This document shows, piece by piece, positions 38,961 to 47,808 of a stretch of 64,000 nt of DNA. The notes under the pieces are model-generated. The model ran no database searches. It was not told the DNA's origin and was given only the letters and a program-made list of their open reading frames with translations. Position 1 is the stretch's first letter. Each line of letters starts with the position of its first letter. Source of the stretch: Nitrospinaceae bacterium (GTDB taxonomy: Bacteria > Nitrospinota > Nitrospinia > Nitrospinales > VA-1); the NCBI GenBank assembly GCA_046754465.1, contig JBHHVU010000004.1, forward strand, positions 32,001-96,000, given 5' to 3'. The position numbers were made by a program, and so were the translations under genes.

Positions 38961-39977
38961 TCATTTTTTTTCAATTGCGTTCAACCGGGCTTCCAGGGCT
39001 CTTATTTTTCGGGCCATTTCTGGAAGTTTGGGAAAGAGGGTGACGTATTTTTTCCAGGTGTTCACGGGAACCCCCGGCATCCCTCCATAAACGGCGTTAC
39101 TTTCAATATCCCGGAATGTCCCGGTTCGGGCGACGAGGACCGCCCGGTCGCCAATGGTCACGTGGTCGCCGAGACCCACCTGGCCGGCCAGGACCACATG
39201 GTGACCCAGGGTGCAACTCCCCGCCATGCCGACCTGCGCCACGAGAATCGTATGTTCCCCGACCGTGCAATTGTGCGCGACCTGGACGAGGTTGTCGATC
39301 TTGGTGCCCTTTTTGATCAGGGTGGCGCCCAGGGTGGCCCGGTCGATGCAGGTGTTCGCCCCCACCTCCACATGATCTTCCAGGATCACCTTCCCGATTT
39401 GCGGGACCTTGTAATGCTCCCCTTTTTCGTCGAGGGTATAACCGAATCCATCGGCGCCGATCACCACCCCGGCATGAAGGATCACATGGTTTCCGAGGAC
39501 GGTATCCGGGTACAACGTGACGTTGGGATGGAGGATGGTGTGTTTTCCGATACAACAACGGTCGCCCACGGCCGTTCCCGGATACAGGATGGATTCGTCG
39601 CCGATCGTGACATCATCCCCGATGGACACGAAGGCCGACAAAGTGACATGATCCCCGAGTTTGACGTTCCGGCCGATTTTCGCCTGGGGGTCGATTCCCG
39701 GTTTCGGACGGGAGCCGGGATGAAAGTGGTGCAGCAATTTGGCAAAAGCCAGCGCGGGATGGGCGGTGATGATTTGGGCCTTGTCCGTCTCGATTTCCCG
39801 GTCGACGAGGACCGCCGCCGCCTTGGAGCGCTTCAAGGATTCAATGAATTTTTTTTGGGTGACGTAGGTGATGTGGCCTTCCCCGGCATCTTCTATTCCA
39901 CCCACGTCGATGATTTCCAGGGTCCCGTCCCCTTTCAGGGTGCCTTGCACCAAGGCGGCGATTTTTTCCAGGTTCAT
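38961..39977 (-). CDS. lpxD: UDP-3-O-acylglucosamine N-acyltransferase
   Basis: Hexapeptide repeats, IGADGFGY, GANTCIDR, KIDNLVQVAHN. Confidence 0.96.
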   Translation of the reverse strand: MNLEKIAALVQGTLKGDGTLEIIDVGGIEDAGEGHITYVTQKKFIESLKRSKAAAVLVDREIETDKAQIITAHPALAFAKLLHHFHPGSRPKPGIDPQAKIGRNVKLGDHVTLSAFVSIGDDVTIGDESILYPGTAVGDRCCIGKHTILHPNVTLYPDTVLGNHVILHAGVVIGADGFGYTLDEKGEHYKVPQIGKVILEDHVEVGANTCIDRATLGATLIKKGTKIDNLVQVAHNCTVGEHTILVAQVGMAGSCTLGHHVVLAGQVGLGDHVTIGDRAVLVARTGTFRDIESNAVYGGMPGVPVNTWKKYVTLFPKLPEMARKIRALEARLNAIEKK

Positions 39978-40118
39978 GATCAGGCCTTTCCTTCTCCATT
40001 TAAGTGAACAATTTTGTTTGCGGGACCGGGTGCGGAATCCGGAGGAAGGCTCCCCGGTTCCGTACAGGGGGAAGGAAACCGGAATCGAATTCTCTCCCTG
40101 GGAAGGATTTCCGCCGGT

Positions 40119-40844
40119 TCAAATAATCACGTCCTTGTCGATGGGGAAAATCTTTCCTTCGCTGAGCTGGAGCACGCGGTCCATTCGCCTCGCGATTCTT
40201 TGACTGTGCGTCACGATCACGATCGTCTGCCGGAATTCCTGGTTCAGGTTTCCGATCAATTCGATCAATGAGTCGCTCGCGTGGATGTCCAGATTTCCTG
40301 TCGGTTCATCGGCCAGCAGGATGTCGGGTTGATTGATCAGGGCCCGTGCCAGGGCCACCCGCTGACTTTCCCCTCCGGAAAGCTCGCCGGGTTTGTGTTG
40401 CATCCGGTTTTTGAGTCCCACCTGACCCAGGAGGTATTCGGCCCGTTCCCGGGCGAATTTTTTGTTTTGGTTGCGGATCAGGGCGGGAAACATGGCATTT
40501 TCCAGGGCCGTGAAGTCCGGCAGGAGATTGAAAAACTGGAACACGAATCCGATATTGGAATTGCGGAATTTATCCAGGAATCCGTTTTTTTCCTGGTAGA
40601 TATCCTGCCCGCGGAACAGCACCTGCCCCGCATCGGGGCGGTCCAACCCCCCCAGAACATGCAACAGGGTGCTTTTCCCCACGCCGGAGGCGCCGACGAT
40701 TCCCAGCATTTCCCCCGTCACCACGCTCAGGTCGGCGCCGGACAATACCTGGAGGACTTCCCGCTTGGTTTTATAACTTTTGTAAACGCAGATGCCTTCG
40801 AGCAGGTGTTCCTTGGAAGCCGTGAGGGTGGCGAGATCATTCAT
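40119..40844 (-). CDS. lolD: Lipoprotein-releasing ABC transporter ATPase
   Basis: GASGVGKS, IGFVFQF, LSGGESQRVALARAL, LADEPTGNLD; overlaps lolE by 8 nt. Confidence 0.9.
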   Translation of the reverse strand: MNDLATLTASKEHLLEGICVYKSYKTKREVLQVLSGADLSVVTGEMLGIVGASGVGKSTLLHVLGGLDRPDAGQVLFRGQDIYQEKNGFLDKFRNSNIGFVFQFFNLLPDFTALENAMFPALIRNQNKKFARERAEYLLGQVGLKNRMQHKPGELSGGESQRVALARALINQPDILLADEPTGNLDIHASDSLIELIGNLNQEFRQTIVIVTHSQRIARRMDRVLQLSEGKIFPIDKDVII

Positions 40845-42123
40845 ACCGGAGCCCGTCCACCGGATTCAGCCTGGAGGCTCTCCAGGCGGGATAAAGCGAA
40901 GCGACGAAGCAGATCACTATGGAAAAGACGACGATGAGAAAGGAATCCATGTATTGGATTTCAGAAGGCAGCTTGTCCAGATAATACACGTCGCTGGGAA
41001 AAGCCGTGATGCCGAAAACTTTTTCGATGAGTCCCACGATTTCGTTCAGGTTAGGGACAATGGTGAAACCCCCGATGCACCCCAAAAACGTGCCGGTGAG
41101 GCCGATGATCAGTCCCTCGAAGCTGAAGATTTTCAGGATGCTGTTCTTCGTTGCGCCCATGGATTTCAAGATGGAAATTTCCTTAGTCTTTTCCATGACG
41201 ACCATGAACAGAGTACTCACAATGTTGAAAGCGGCCACCAGGATGATCAGGATGAGGATGACGAACATTACGATTTTTTCCAAGCGCAAGGCGGAAAACA
41301 AATTCTTGTTCATCCGCATCCAGTCTCTCACGAAAAAGGGAAACCCCAGTTTGTGCTGGATTTCCGATGCGATGCGTGGGGCCTGGTCTATGTCATCGAC
41401 CCACAACTCCACGCCGGTGACTTTCTCTTTCATGGAGAAAAATTTTTGCGCCGCCGGGATGGAAATGAATGCCAGGTTGGAATCGTATTCGAACATGCCG
41501 GATTCGAATATCCCGGCCACCTGGAAGAGCTTCATTTTTGGAATCAGGCCCATGGGGGTGATCCGTGAGGCGGGGGAAACCATGGAAACGATGTCCCCCA
41601 TATGCGCGCCCAGCCGTCTCGCCAGTTCCTTTCCCAGGATGACTCCGGGTCGTTTGAATTCCTGCGGCCCCGCGGTGGTTTTATTTTCCTTTTTTTCGGT
41701 TTCCAGAAAATCCAACTGGCCCTTGATCATGTTTTTCCTCAAGTCCGACACACCGGCCTCCCGGAGGATGTCCACCCCGCGGACGGCGATTCCCGATACC
41801 CGGCCCCTGAAGGTCAACATGACCTGGTTCATGATGAAGGGGGCGGCCGCCACCACTCCCGGCACACTTTGGACCTGTTGAATGATCTTGTTGAAATCGC
41901 CGATACCCCCTTGGTTGAGGTTGGTCACCACCGCGTGGCTGTTGGTTCCAAGGATCTTGTCGCGCAAGTCCTTGCTGAAGCCGGACATGACGGCGATGAC
42001 CACGATCAGGGCCATGACGCCCAGGGCCACGCCCCCGATCGATATCCACGTGTTCAACGAAATGAATTTCTGGGTTCTTTTCGCGCGAAGATGGCGCAGA
42101 CTGACAAATAGTTCGTATGACAT
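40837..42123 (-). CDS. lolE: Lipoprotein-releasing ABC transporter permease (single LolC/E/LolF-type)
   Basis: GVALGVMALIVVIAVMSGF, VAAFNIVSTLFMVVMEKTKEISILKSMGA, YPAWRASRLNPVDGLRYE. Confidence 0.92.
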   Translation of the reverse strand: MSYELFVSLRHLRAKRTQKFISLNTWISIGGVALGVMALIVVIAVMSGFSKDLRDKILGTNSHAVVTNLNQGGIGDFNKIIQQVQSVPGVVAAAPFIMNQVMLTFRGRVSGIAVRGVDILREAGVSDLRKNMIKGQLDFLETEKKENKTTAGPQEFKRPGVILGKELARRLGAHMGDIVSMVSPASRITPMGLIPKMKLFQVAGIFESGMFEYDSNLAFISIPAAQKFFSMKEKVTGVELWVDDIDQAPRIASEIQHKLGFPFFVRDWMRMNKNLFSALRLEKIVMFVILILIILVAAFNIVSTLFMVVMEKTKEISILKSMGATKNSILKIFSFEGLIIGLTGTFLGCIGGFTIVPNLNEIVGLIEKVFGITAFPSDVYYLDKLPSEIQYMDSFLIVVFSIVICFVASLYPAWRASRLNPVDGLRYE

Positions 42124-42274
42124 GGCAGTTGACTGGAAAGGGGTGAATTCAGAATCCGCTCCCGCGGGAACCGGTCCCGGATAAAATCATGGGTGGATTT
42201 CCGGTTAAAAAGGGCCGGCTCCCTTGAGCTCCTGAAATGGAAGTTCACTTTCCCTCCTCTTTTATTTTGCCCGT

Positions 42275-43780
42275 TCAGGATTCCTTTTTCAACTGGGGGA
42301 ACAGAATAACATCCCGGATCGAGGACGAGTTGGTGAGGAGCATGGTCAACCGGTCGATGCCGATTCCCTCTCCGGCGGTCGGCGGCATGCCGTATTCCAG
42401 GGCACGAACGAAATCGTGATCCATCCAGTGGGCTTCCTCGTCGCCGGCTCTCCTTTCCGCGACCTGGGCCTCGAACCGCCGCCTTTGGTCGATGGGATCG
42501 TTCAACTCGGTATAGGCGTTCGCGATTTCCTTCCCCCCAATGAACAACTCGAATCGCTCCACCAGGGTGGGGTCCTCTTCTTTTTTCTGGGAGAGGGGGG
42601 AAAGTTCGACGGGATAATCCATGATGAACGTGGGATTGATCAACCGGGGCTCGACGAAATGGTCGAATAGTTTTGCCAGGACCTTGGCATGGGTGTCTTT
42701 CTTTTCCAAGGGGACTTTGTGTTCCAGGGCAAAGGCCACGGCCTGGGCCGGGTCATCCACCGCCTGGCTTGGCACGGCCCCGATTTCCCGCAAGGACTCT
42801 TTAAAGCAGACACGCTGGAAGGGTTTGCCGAAATCAAGGGTCTCTTCCTTTTCGGCGCCATCCACTTTGTGGGTATAGGAAAATGAGAAGGTTTCGAACA
42901 CCGACTCGCACACAACCCGAAACAATTCCTCGGTTAGCGGCATCAGGTCGAGGTAATCGGCATAGGCGGTATAAAATTCCAGCATGGTGAATTCGGGATT
43001 ATGCTCGGTGGAAATCCCTTCATTGCGGAAATTGCGGTTGATCTCGTAGACTCTTTCGATTCCCCCAACGACCAGCCGTTTCAGAAAAAGTTCGGGAGCG
43101 ACCCGAAGATAGAGATCCATGTTCAGGGCGTTGTGGTGCGTCTTGAACGGTTTCGCCGTGGCTCCACCGGGAATGGACTGCATCATCGGGGTTTCCACTT
43201 CCAGGTACCCCCTTTCATTGAGAAAATTACGAAGGGCCTGGACGATCCGGCTTCGGCAAACGAAAATCCGCTTCACCTTGGGGTTGACGATGAGGTCCAC
43301 GTACCGCTGGCGGTACCGGAGCTCAATGTCCTTGAGTCCGTGCCATTTTTCGGGCAGGGGCAGCAGGGATTTGGTGACCAGGTTCGCCGTTTCAGCGAAA
43401 ATGGTGAGTTCTCCGGTTTTGGTTTTTGAGACCCTTCCTTGAACGCCAATGAAATCCCCAATATCGAACTTGCTGAAAGTTTCGTAATTTTCGGCGCCGA
43501 TGTCATCTTTTTTTATATAGACCTGGATTTGGCCGGACCGGTCCTTGATATGGACGAAAGTCGTTTTTCCGTGTTTCCGGCGGGTCATCATGCGTCCGCC
43601 GACCACGAACTTTTTCCCCAAGGCATCCAGTTCCTCACGGCCTTGACCGGCGTAATCGCGGATAAGGTCGCCGATCGCGGCGCTGACCTTGAACCGGTTG
43701 TTGAAAGGTTGGATTCCACGGGCTCGAAGTTCGTCGAGCTTTTCTTGTCTTTGCTTGATGAGATGACCTGATTCTTCCAT
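42275..43780 (-). CDS. lysS: Lysine--tRNA ligase (class II)
   Basis: [30 protein letters not shown]...[28 protein letters not shown] 43780. Confidence 0.97.
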   Translation of the reverse strand: MEESGHLIKQRQEKLDELRARGIQPFNNRFKVSAAIGDLIRDYAGQGREELDALGKKFVVGGRMMTRRKHGKTTFVHIKDRSGQIQVYIKKDDIGAENYETFSKFDIGDFIGVQGRVSKTKTGELTIFAETANLVTKSLLPLPEKWHGLKDIELRYRQRYVDLIVNPKVKRIFVCRSRIVQALRNFLNERGYLEVETPMMQSIPGGATAKPFKTHHNALNMDLYLRVAPELFLKRLVVGGIERVYEINRNFRNEGISTEHNPEFTMLEFYTAYADYLDLMPLTEELFRVVCESVFETFSFSYTHKVDGAEKEETLDFGKPFQRVCFKESLREIGAVPSQAVDDPAQAVAFALEHKVPLEKKDTHAKVLAKLFDHFVEPRLINPTFIMDYPVELSPLSQKKEEDPTLVERFELFIGGKEIANAYTELNDPIDQRRRFEAQVAERRAGDEEAHWMDHDFVRALEYGMPPTAGEGIGIDRLTMLLTNSSSIRDVILFPQLKKES

Positions 43781-44122
43781 GGATTTTTGAATGGAAAAGG
43801 TTAAGGGTAATAGGTTTTCAAGCGGAGCCGCCGCCAAAGGATAACCACGGGGTGAACCGCCCTCTCCTGTTATGCATCATGTGGGGTATTTTGGAATGGG
43901 AACAATTCCTTCGGCCCGGTCCTTAGTGGACCATGTTTCCGGGCCGCGAACCGGAACTCACGCCGCGGGATATAATTCATGGGCGGCCCCGGACCGGAGG
44001 TTTTCGGTCCTAACACGGATTTTCCCGAAAATTCGCCCCGGCGCGGACCGGAAAGGCCTGGAGGGGCTGCTATCCCGGACCGTTTTTCCATACATGGCAA
44101 GGACGGCTGGTTCACGACCCGT

Positions 44123-45709
44123 TCAACGGGCAAATTCGGTAAACCGTTTTTCGCGAACCACGGTGATTTTAATCTCACCGGGATAGGTCACTTCTTTTTC
44201 GATCCGTTTGGCCACATCCTTGGCCAGCAGGTTGGATTCATCATCGGTGATCCCTTCGGGCAGGACGATGATGCGCACTTCCCGGCCGGCCTGGATGGCG
44301 TAGGTTTTTTCCACACCTTTATAAGAATCCCCGATTTCTTCAAGTCTGGTCATGCGTTTGACATAGGTTTCGAGCATTTCGCGGCGCGCGCCGGGGCGGG
44401 AAGCGGAGATGGTATCCGCCGCGGCCACCAGCACGGAGTAGAGGGATTCGGGTTCCACGTCCTCATGGTGGGCCGCGATAGCGTTGATCACGTATTTGTG
44501 CTCATTGTACCGCTTGGCCACTTCCACGCCGAGTTGGGTATGGGTTCCATCGGTTTGGTGGTCGATGGCCTTGCCAATATCGTGGAGCAATCCGGCGCGC
44601 TTGGCGAGCTGGACATCCAGTCCCAGTTCGGCGGCGATGGATCCGCAAATCCAGGCCACTTCCTTCACGTGTTCCAGCACGTTTTGGGTGTAACTGGTCC
44701 GGTATTTGAGCCGGCCCAGGAGCCGGATCATATCCGGCGCGATGTTGTCGATGCCGACTTCCAGAATAGCCTGTTCCCCGGCTTCCTGGATTCGTTGGGT
44801 GATCTCCTTTTTACATTTATTCACGACGTCTTCGATCCGGCCGGGATGGATTCTTCCGTCCTGGGTCAATTTTTCCAAGGCACGGCGGGCGACCTCCCGG
44901 CGGATGGCGTCGAATCCGGAAAGGACGACCGCGCCCGGGGTATCATCGATGATAAGATCGATACCTGTGCATTGTTCCAGGGCGCGAATGTTTCGCCCTT
45001 CGCGGCCAATGATCCGCCCCTTGATCTCGTCGTTGGGTAATTCCACCACCGATACCGTGGTTTCAGCGACATGGTCGGAAGCGATCCTTTGCACCGCCAT
45101 GGTGATGAGTCTTCTGGCTTCTTCTTCGGCGTGGCTCTTGGCGTGTTCCTCAATTTTCTTAACTTCCTTGGCTGCGTCCCTTTTGGCTTCATCGAGAACT
45201 TTCTGCTTGATCTCTTCCTTGGCCTGGTCGGCGGTGAAAGACCCGATCACTTCCAGCTTTTTCACCTCTTCCTGGATCAGGTTCCGATATTTGATTTTCT
45301 CCGCCTCGATTTCTTGTTTCTGAAGGCCTACCTGGTTCAATTTGCTCTCAAGGTTTTTTCCCAGGTCGCGGATTTTTTCCGCCTCGCGTTTGATCTCATC
45401 GTCTTTTTTGCGGACAATCAACTCCTGTTCCCGCAACTCATCTCGCTTTTCCTTGATTTCCTTTTCCAGGCCGGATTTGGCAATCAGATGTTTTTCCTTG
45501 GCTTCGATCTCGGCGGATTTCAGCCGATTCCTGGCTTCATTTTCGGCATCTTTAAGGATTTTCTTCCCCAATTCCTCCGTTTCCTTGATTTGGTATTCCG
45601 TGAATATTTTGCGCAGAAAATAACCGATGGCATACCCCACCAACAGAGCGACAAACATGCCGATCAGCAATGTGATGAAATTGACCTTGATGGTGAAGAA
45701 TATATGCAT
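44123..45709 (-). CDS. rny: Ribonuclease Y
   Basis: N-terminal TM and coiled coil, KH domain ([13 protein letters not shown]), HD domain (AGLLHDIGK), [21 protein letters not shown]. Confidence 0.97.
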   Translation of the reverse strand: MHIFFTIKVNFITLLIGMFVALLVGYAIGYFLRKIFTEYQIKETEELGKKILKDAENEARNRLKSAEIEAKEKHLIAKSGLEKEIKEKRDELREQELIVRKKDDEIKREAEKIRDLGKNLESKLNQVGLQKQEIEAEKIKYRNLIQEEVKKLEVIGSFTADQAKEEIKQKVLDEAKRDAAKEVKKIEEHAKSHAEEEARRLITMAVQRIASDHVAETTVSVVELPNDEIKGRIIGREGRNIRALEQCTGIDLIIDDTPGAVVLSGFDAIRREVARRALEKLTQDGRIHPGRIEDVVNKCKKEITQRIQEAGEQAILEVGIDNIAPDMIRLLGRLKYRTSYTQNVLEHVKEVAWICGSIAAELGLDVQLAKRAGLLHDIGKAIDHQTDGTHTQLGVEVAKRYNEHKYVINAIAAHHEDVEPESLYSVLVAAADTISASRPGARREMLETYVKRMTRLEEIGDSYKGVEKTYAIQAGREVRIIVLPEGITDDESNLLAKDVAKRIEKEVTYPGEIKITVVREKRFTEFAR

Positions 45710-45751
45710 CTGACTCCCTCGTATGAAGAAAACCGCCGGCCGCGAACGATA

Positions 45752-46369
45752 TCAGCAGTTTATCGTTGTGTTCTCGGTAAGGATTTTATGCACTGGAACA
45801 TCGTATTCCGCCTGGGGAACCGATTCCAGGACCTGAAAATCGAATGCCGCGGCGACAAGGATGGTATCTTGGGAAACCTCCTTTAAAAATCTGTCGTAAT
45901 ACCCGGCTCCGTATCCGATCCTTCCACCTTTCCGGTCAAAAGCCAGCCCCGGAACCAGGATAAAATCCAAAACGGCGGGAGAAACGATCTTTTGATCTGG
46001 TTTGCCCGGTTCGCGTAAACCGAACGCGCGTTTTTCAAATTCAATGTCCGGTGCGGGCAATTCGGAAATCCTAAGCCCCCTCCGCGATGTGTCGATCAGG
46101 GGAACATGGACTTTCTTTCCCCATTGAAACGCCAGCGCGATCATCGCATCGGTTTGAACCTCCCTGGGCAGGGAAAGATAAAATAAAATACTCCGGGCGT
46201 TTTGAAATTCCTCATGCCCGGCAAGGTTTTTTAATATCTGTTCACTTTTTTCCTTTAAGGTGCTTGCCTTGAGACTATTTCGCCGCTTGGCCATCTCTTC
46301 GCGGATGGAGGCCTTGGCGGCTTCGAGGGATTTCAGCCGGCCACTCGGAAACCGGACCTGATAATTCAT
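45752..46369 (-). CDS. ygfA: 5-formyltetrahydrofolate cyclo-ligase
   Basis: FGLREP, LVPGLAFDRKGGRIGYGAGYYDRFL, YDVPVHKILTE; start codon uncertain. Confidence 0.93.
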   Translation of the reverse strand: MNYQVRFPSGRLKSLEAAKASIREEMAKRRNSLKASTLKEKSEQILKNLAGHEEFQNARSILFYLSLPREVQTDAMIALAFQWGKKVHVPLIDTSRRGLRISELPAPDIEFEKRAFGLREPGKPDQKIVSPAVLDFILVPGLAFDRKGGRIGYGAGYYDRFLKEVSQDTILVAAAFDFQVLESVPQAEYDVPVHKILTENTTINC

Positions 46370-46920
46370 GGAAGGTCCACCTTAAAATTTTTTCCGGTGA
46401 TCCGCAAAAAAAGGGCGCCTTCCGGCCACATCCTCTTTTGCCGTATTCAAGACCCCCGAGGGGAAGCCGCCCTGGGGCTTAAATCCGGAAAAAAGCGTTC
46501 AAAATAAATGGGTTCCTGTTGAAAATCCTTCCCGCATAAAAATACCGCGGTCCAGAACATCTTCCAGGAACACAATTTAGGGGTGTGGGGATGGCGGGAA
46601 ACCCATCCTCCGCTTTAAGGCAAAACCGGCGGTTGATCGCAACAAGGATAAGGCAAAAAGGTTTGATGTATTTTGCCTAACAGGAGATTCATTCGGGAAG
46701 GGTTCTTACGGCAACAGCCATAAAAATTTATATCGGTAAAAACGAAACCGTCCTTCGGGTTCCGTTTGGAATCTTCTATCCCAAGTGGGCACTCCTTCAC
46801 CGCCAGCAATGACTTTATCCAAATGATCAGCCGCAATATCAATTCCATGCCTTCTTCTCAGCTAATATCAACCGGTTCTGGCTCGGTCTCATCTACCCCG
46901 ATAAACCTTACTATAATAAG

Positions 46921-47106
46921 GTTGCTTCCCCGTTCGTGCCGTGCAAAAACCATTTTTTGAACCTGTCAAGGACAGGTGGGGTATCTGTATATTGCTTTAG
47001 GCTTCCTTCGGATGAAGGCCTGCTCACCACAACAGAGTCGTCAACCCCTTTTACAATATGTTGGCTCAAAAAATACAATTTTTATACGAACACAACAGGG
47101 AAGCAG
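46921..47106 (-). ncRNA. ssrS: 6S RNA
   Basis: About 185-nt rod: TGCTTCCC (46923-46930) pairs with GGGAAGCA (47098-47105); ATTTTTTGA/TCAAAAAAT inner helix, central bubble, apical CCTTC/GAAGG. Canonical zapA-6S-ygfA position. Confidence 0.88.
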
Positions 47107-47125
47107 AACTCCCAAATCTAAAATC

Positions 47126-47154
47126 ATCGTAGCATAAACGATTGACCCTCTCAA
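47126..47154 (-). promoter_or_regulatory. sigma70 promoter of 6S RNA
   Basis: Minus strand TTGAGA, 17 bp, TACGAT with extended -10 TG, about 20 nt upstream of the 6S closing stem. Confidence 0.55.
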
Positions 47155-47174
47155 GGGATATAATGATCCGGATT

Positions 47175-47468
47175 TCAGGATGGGGGTTGGGGAACCTCCA
47201 GATTCAGTTTCCGGATCAACCCATCCATCCGGGACTCAAAATCTCTATCTTCCTCCTGATTTTTTTTCCGGGTTTCCAGGAATTCCTGTGCGATATTGAG
47301 CGCCGCCAAAACGGCCAGATCGGTGGTGGAGAAATTGCTCCGGCCCCTTGATAATTCCTGCATTTTGGAATCCACCAGGGCGGCGACCTCGTGAGGATCC
47401 ACCGAAAAGGAATCGCTTTTAATATGATACGTTTTCCCGTAAATAGTGATCTTGGTGCTCGCGGCCAT
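47175..47468 (-). CDS. zapA: Cell division protein ZapA
   Basis: ITIYGKTYHI, VDSKMQEL, LAVLAALNIAQE; upstream of 6S. Confidence 0.9.
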   Translation of the reverse strand: MAASTKITIYGKTYHIKSDSFSVDPHEVAALVDSKMQELSRGRSNFSTTDLAVLAALNIAQEFLETRKKNQEEDRDFESRMDGLIRKLNLEVPQPPS

Positions 47469-47475
47469 GACAGAA

Positions 47476-47754
47476 TCAGATAAAATCGATTTTTTCCAGG
47501 TCTTCCAGCAGGGTTTCCACTTTCGACCGGATTAAAATTTTCTCTTTTTCCATTTTCCGGCAGGAGTTTTCCAGGGTGCGTATTTTGTCCAACTCCGCCA
47601 GCGCTTTATGATTCTGGGCCAGAATCGCCTCGTTTTCGCGGTCCAATGCCTCGATCTTTTTGGCCAGGCACCGGTTTTCGGCTTTCAGATGGTGTAGGGT
47701 TTCGATAACGGCCGTAACCAGTTTTTCGATTTGTTCCGTCTTTTCCCGGCGCAT
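47476..47754 (-). CDS. ZapB-like coiled-coil protein
   Basis: All-helical heptad protein (LKAEN...IRSKVETLLEDLE) between pheT and zapA; ATG 47754. Confidence 0.65.
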   Translation of the reverse strand: MRREKTEQIEKLVTAVIETLHHLKAENRCLAKKIEALDRENEAILAQNHKALAELDKIRTLENSCRKMEKEKILIRSKVETLLEDLEKIDFI

Positions 47755-47808
47755 AGGCGAATCGTAGCACTGGCGGTAGGGGCTGTCAATGATCAACCCC
47801 GGCCGGGA

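Noticed and set aside
43979..45040. 353-aa plus-strand ORF, and similar long antisense ORFs at 9470-10402, 20009-20995, 36854-37708, 51647-52726 and 54472-55407
   Set aside because: Each lies opposite a confidently identified gene; expected from GC-rich codon bias.
46610..46770. c-di-GMP-I (GEMM) riboswitch-like GGCAAAACC
   Set aside because: Lacks the GNRA tetraloop/receptor and GACGCAAAG-type junction; orientation is also opposite to the flanking genes.
47142..47164. Plus-strand TTGACC...TATAAT
   Set aside because: Spacer is only 11 bp; the minus-strand 17-bp promoter explains the region better.
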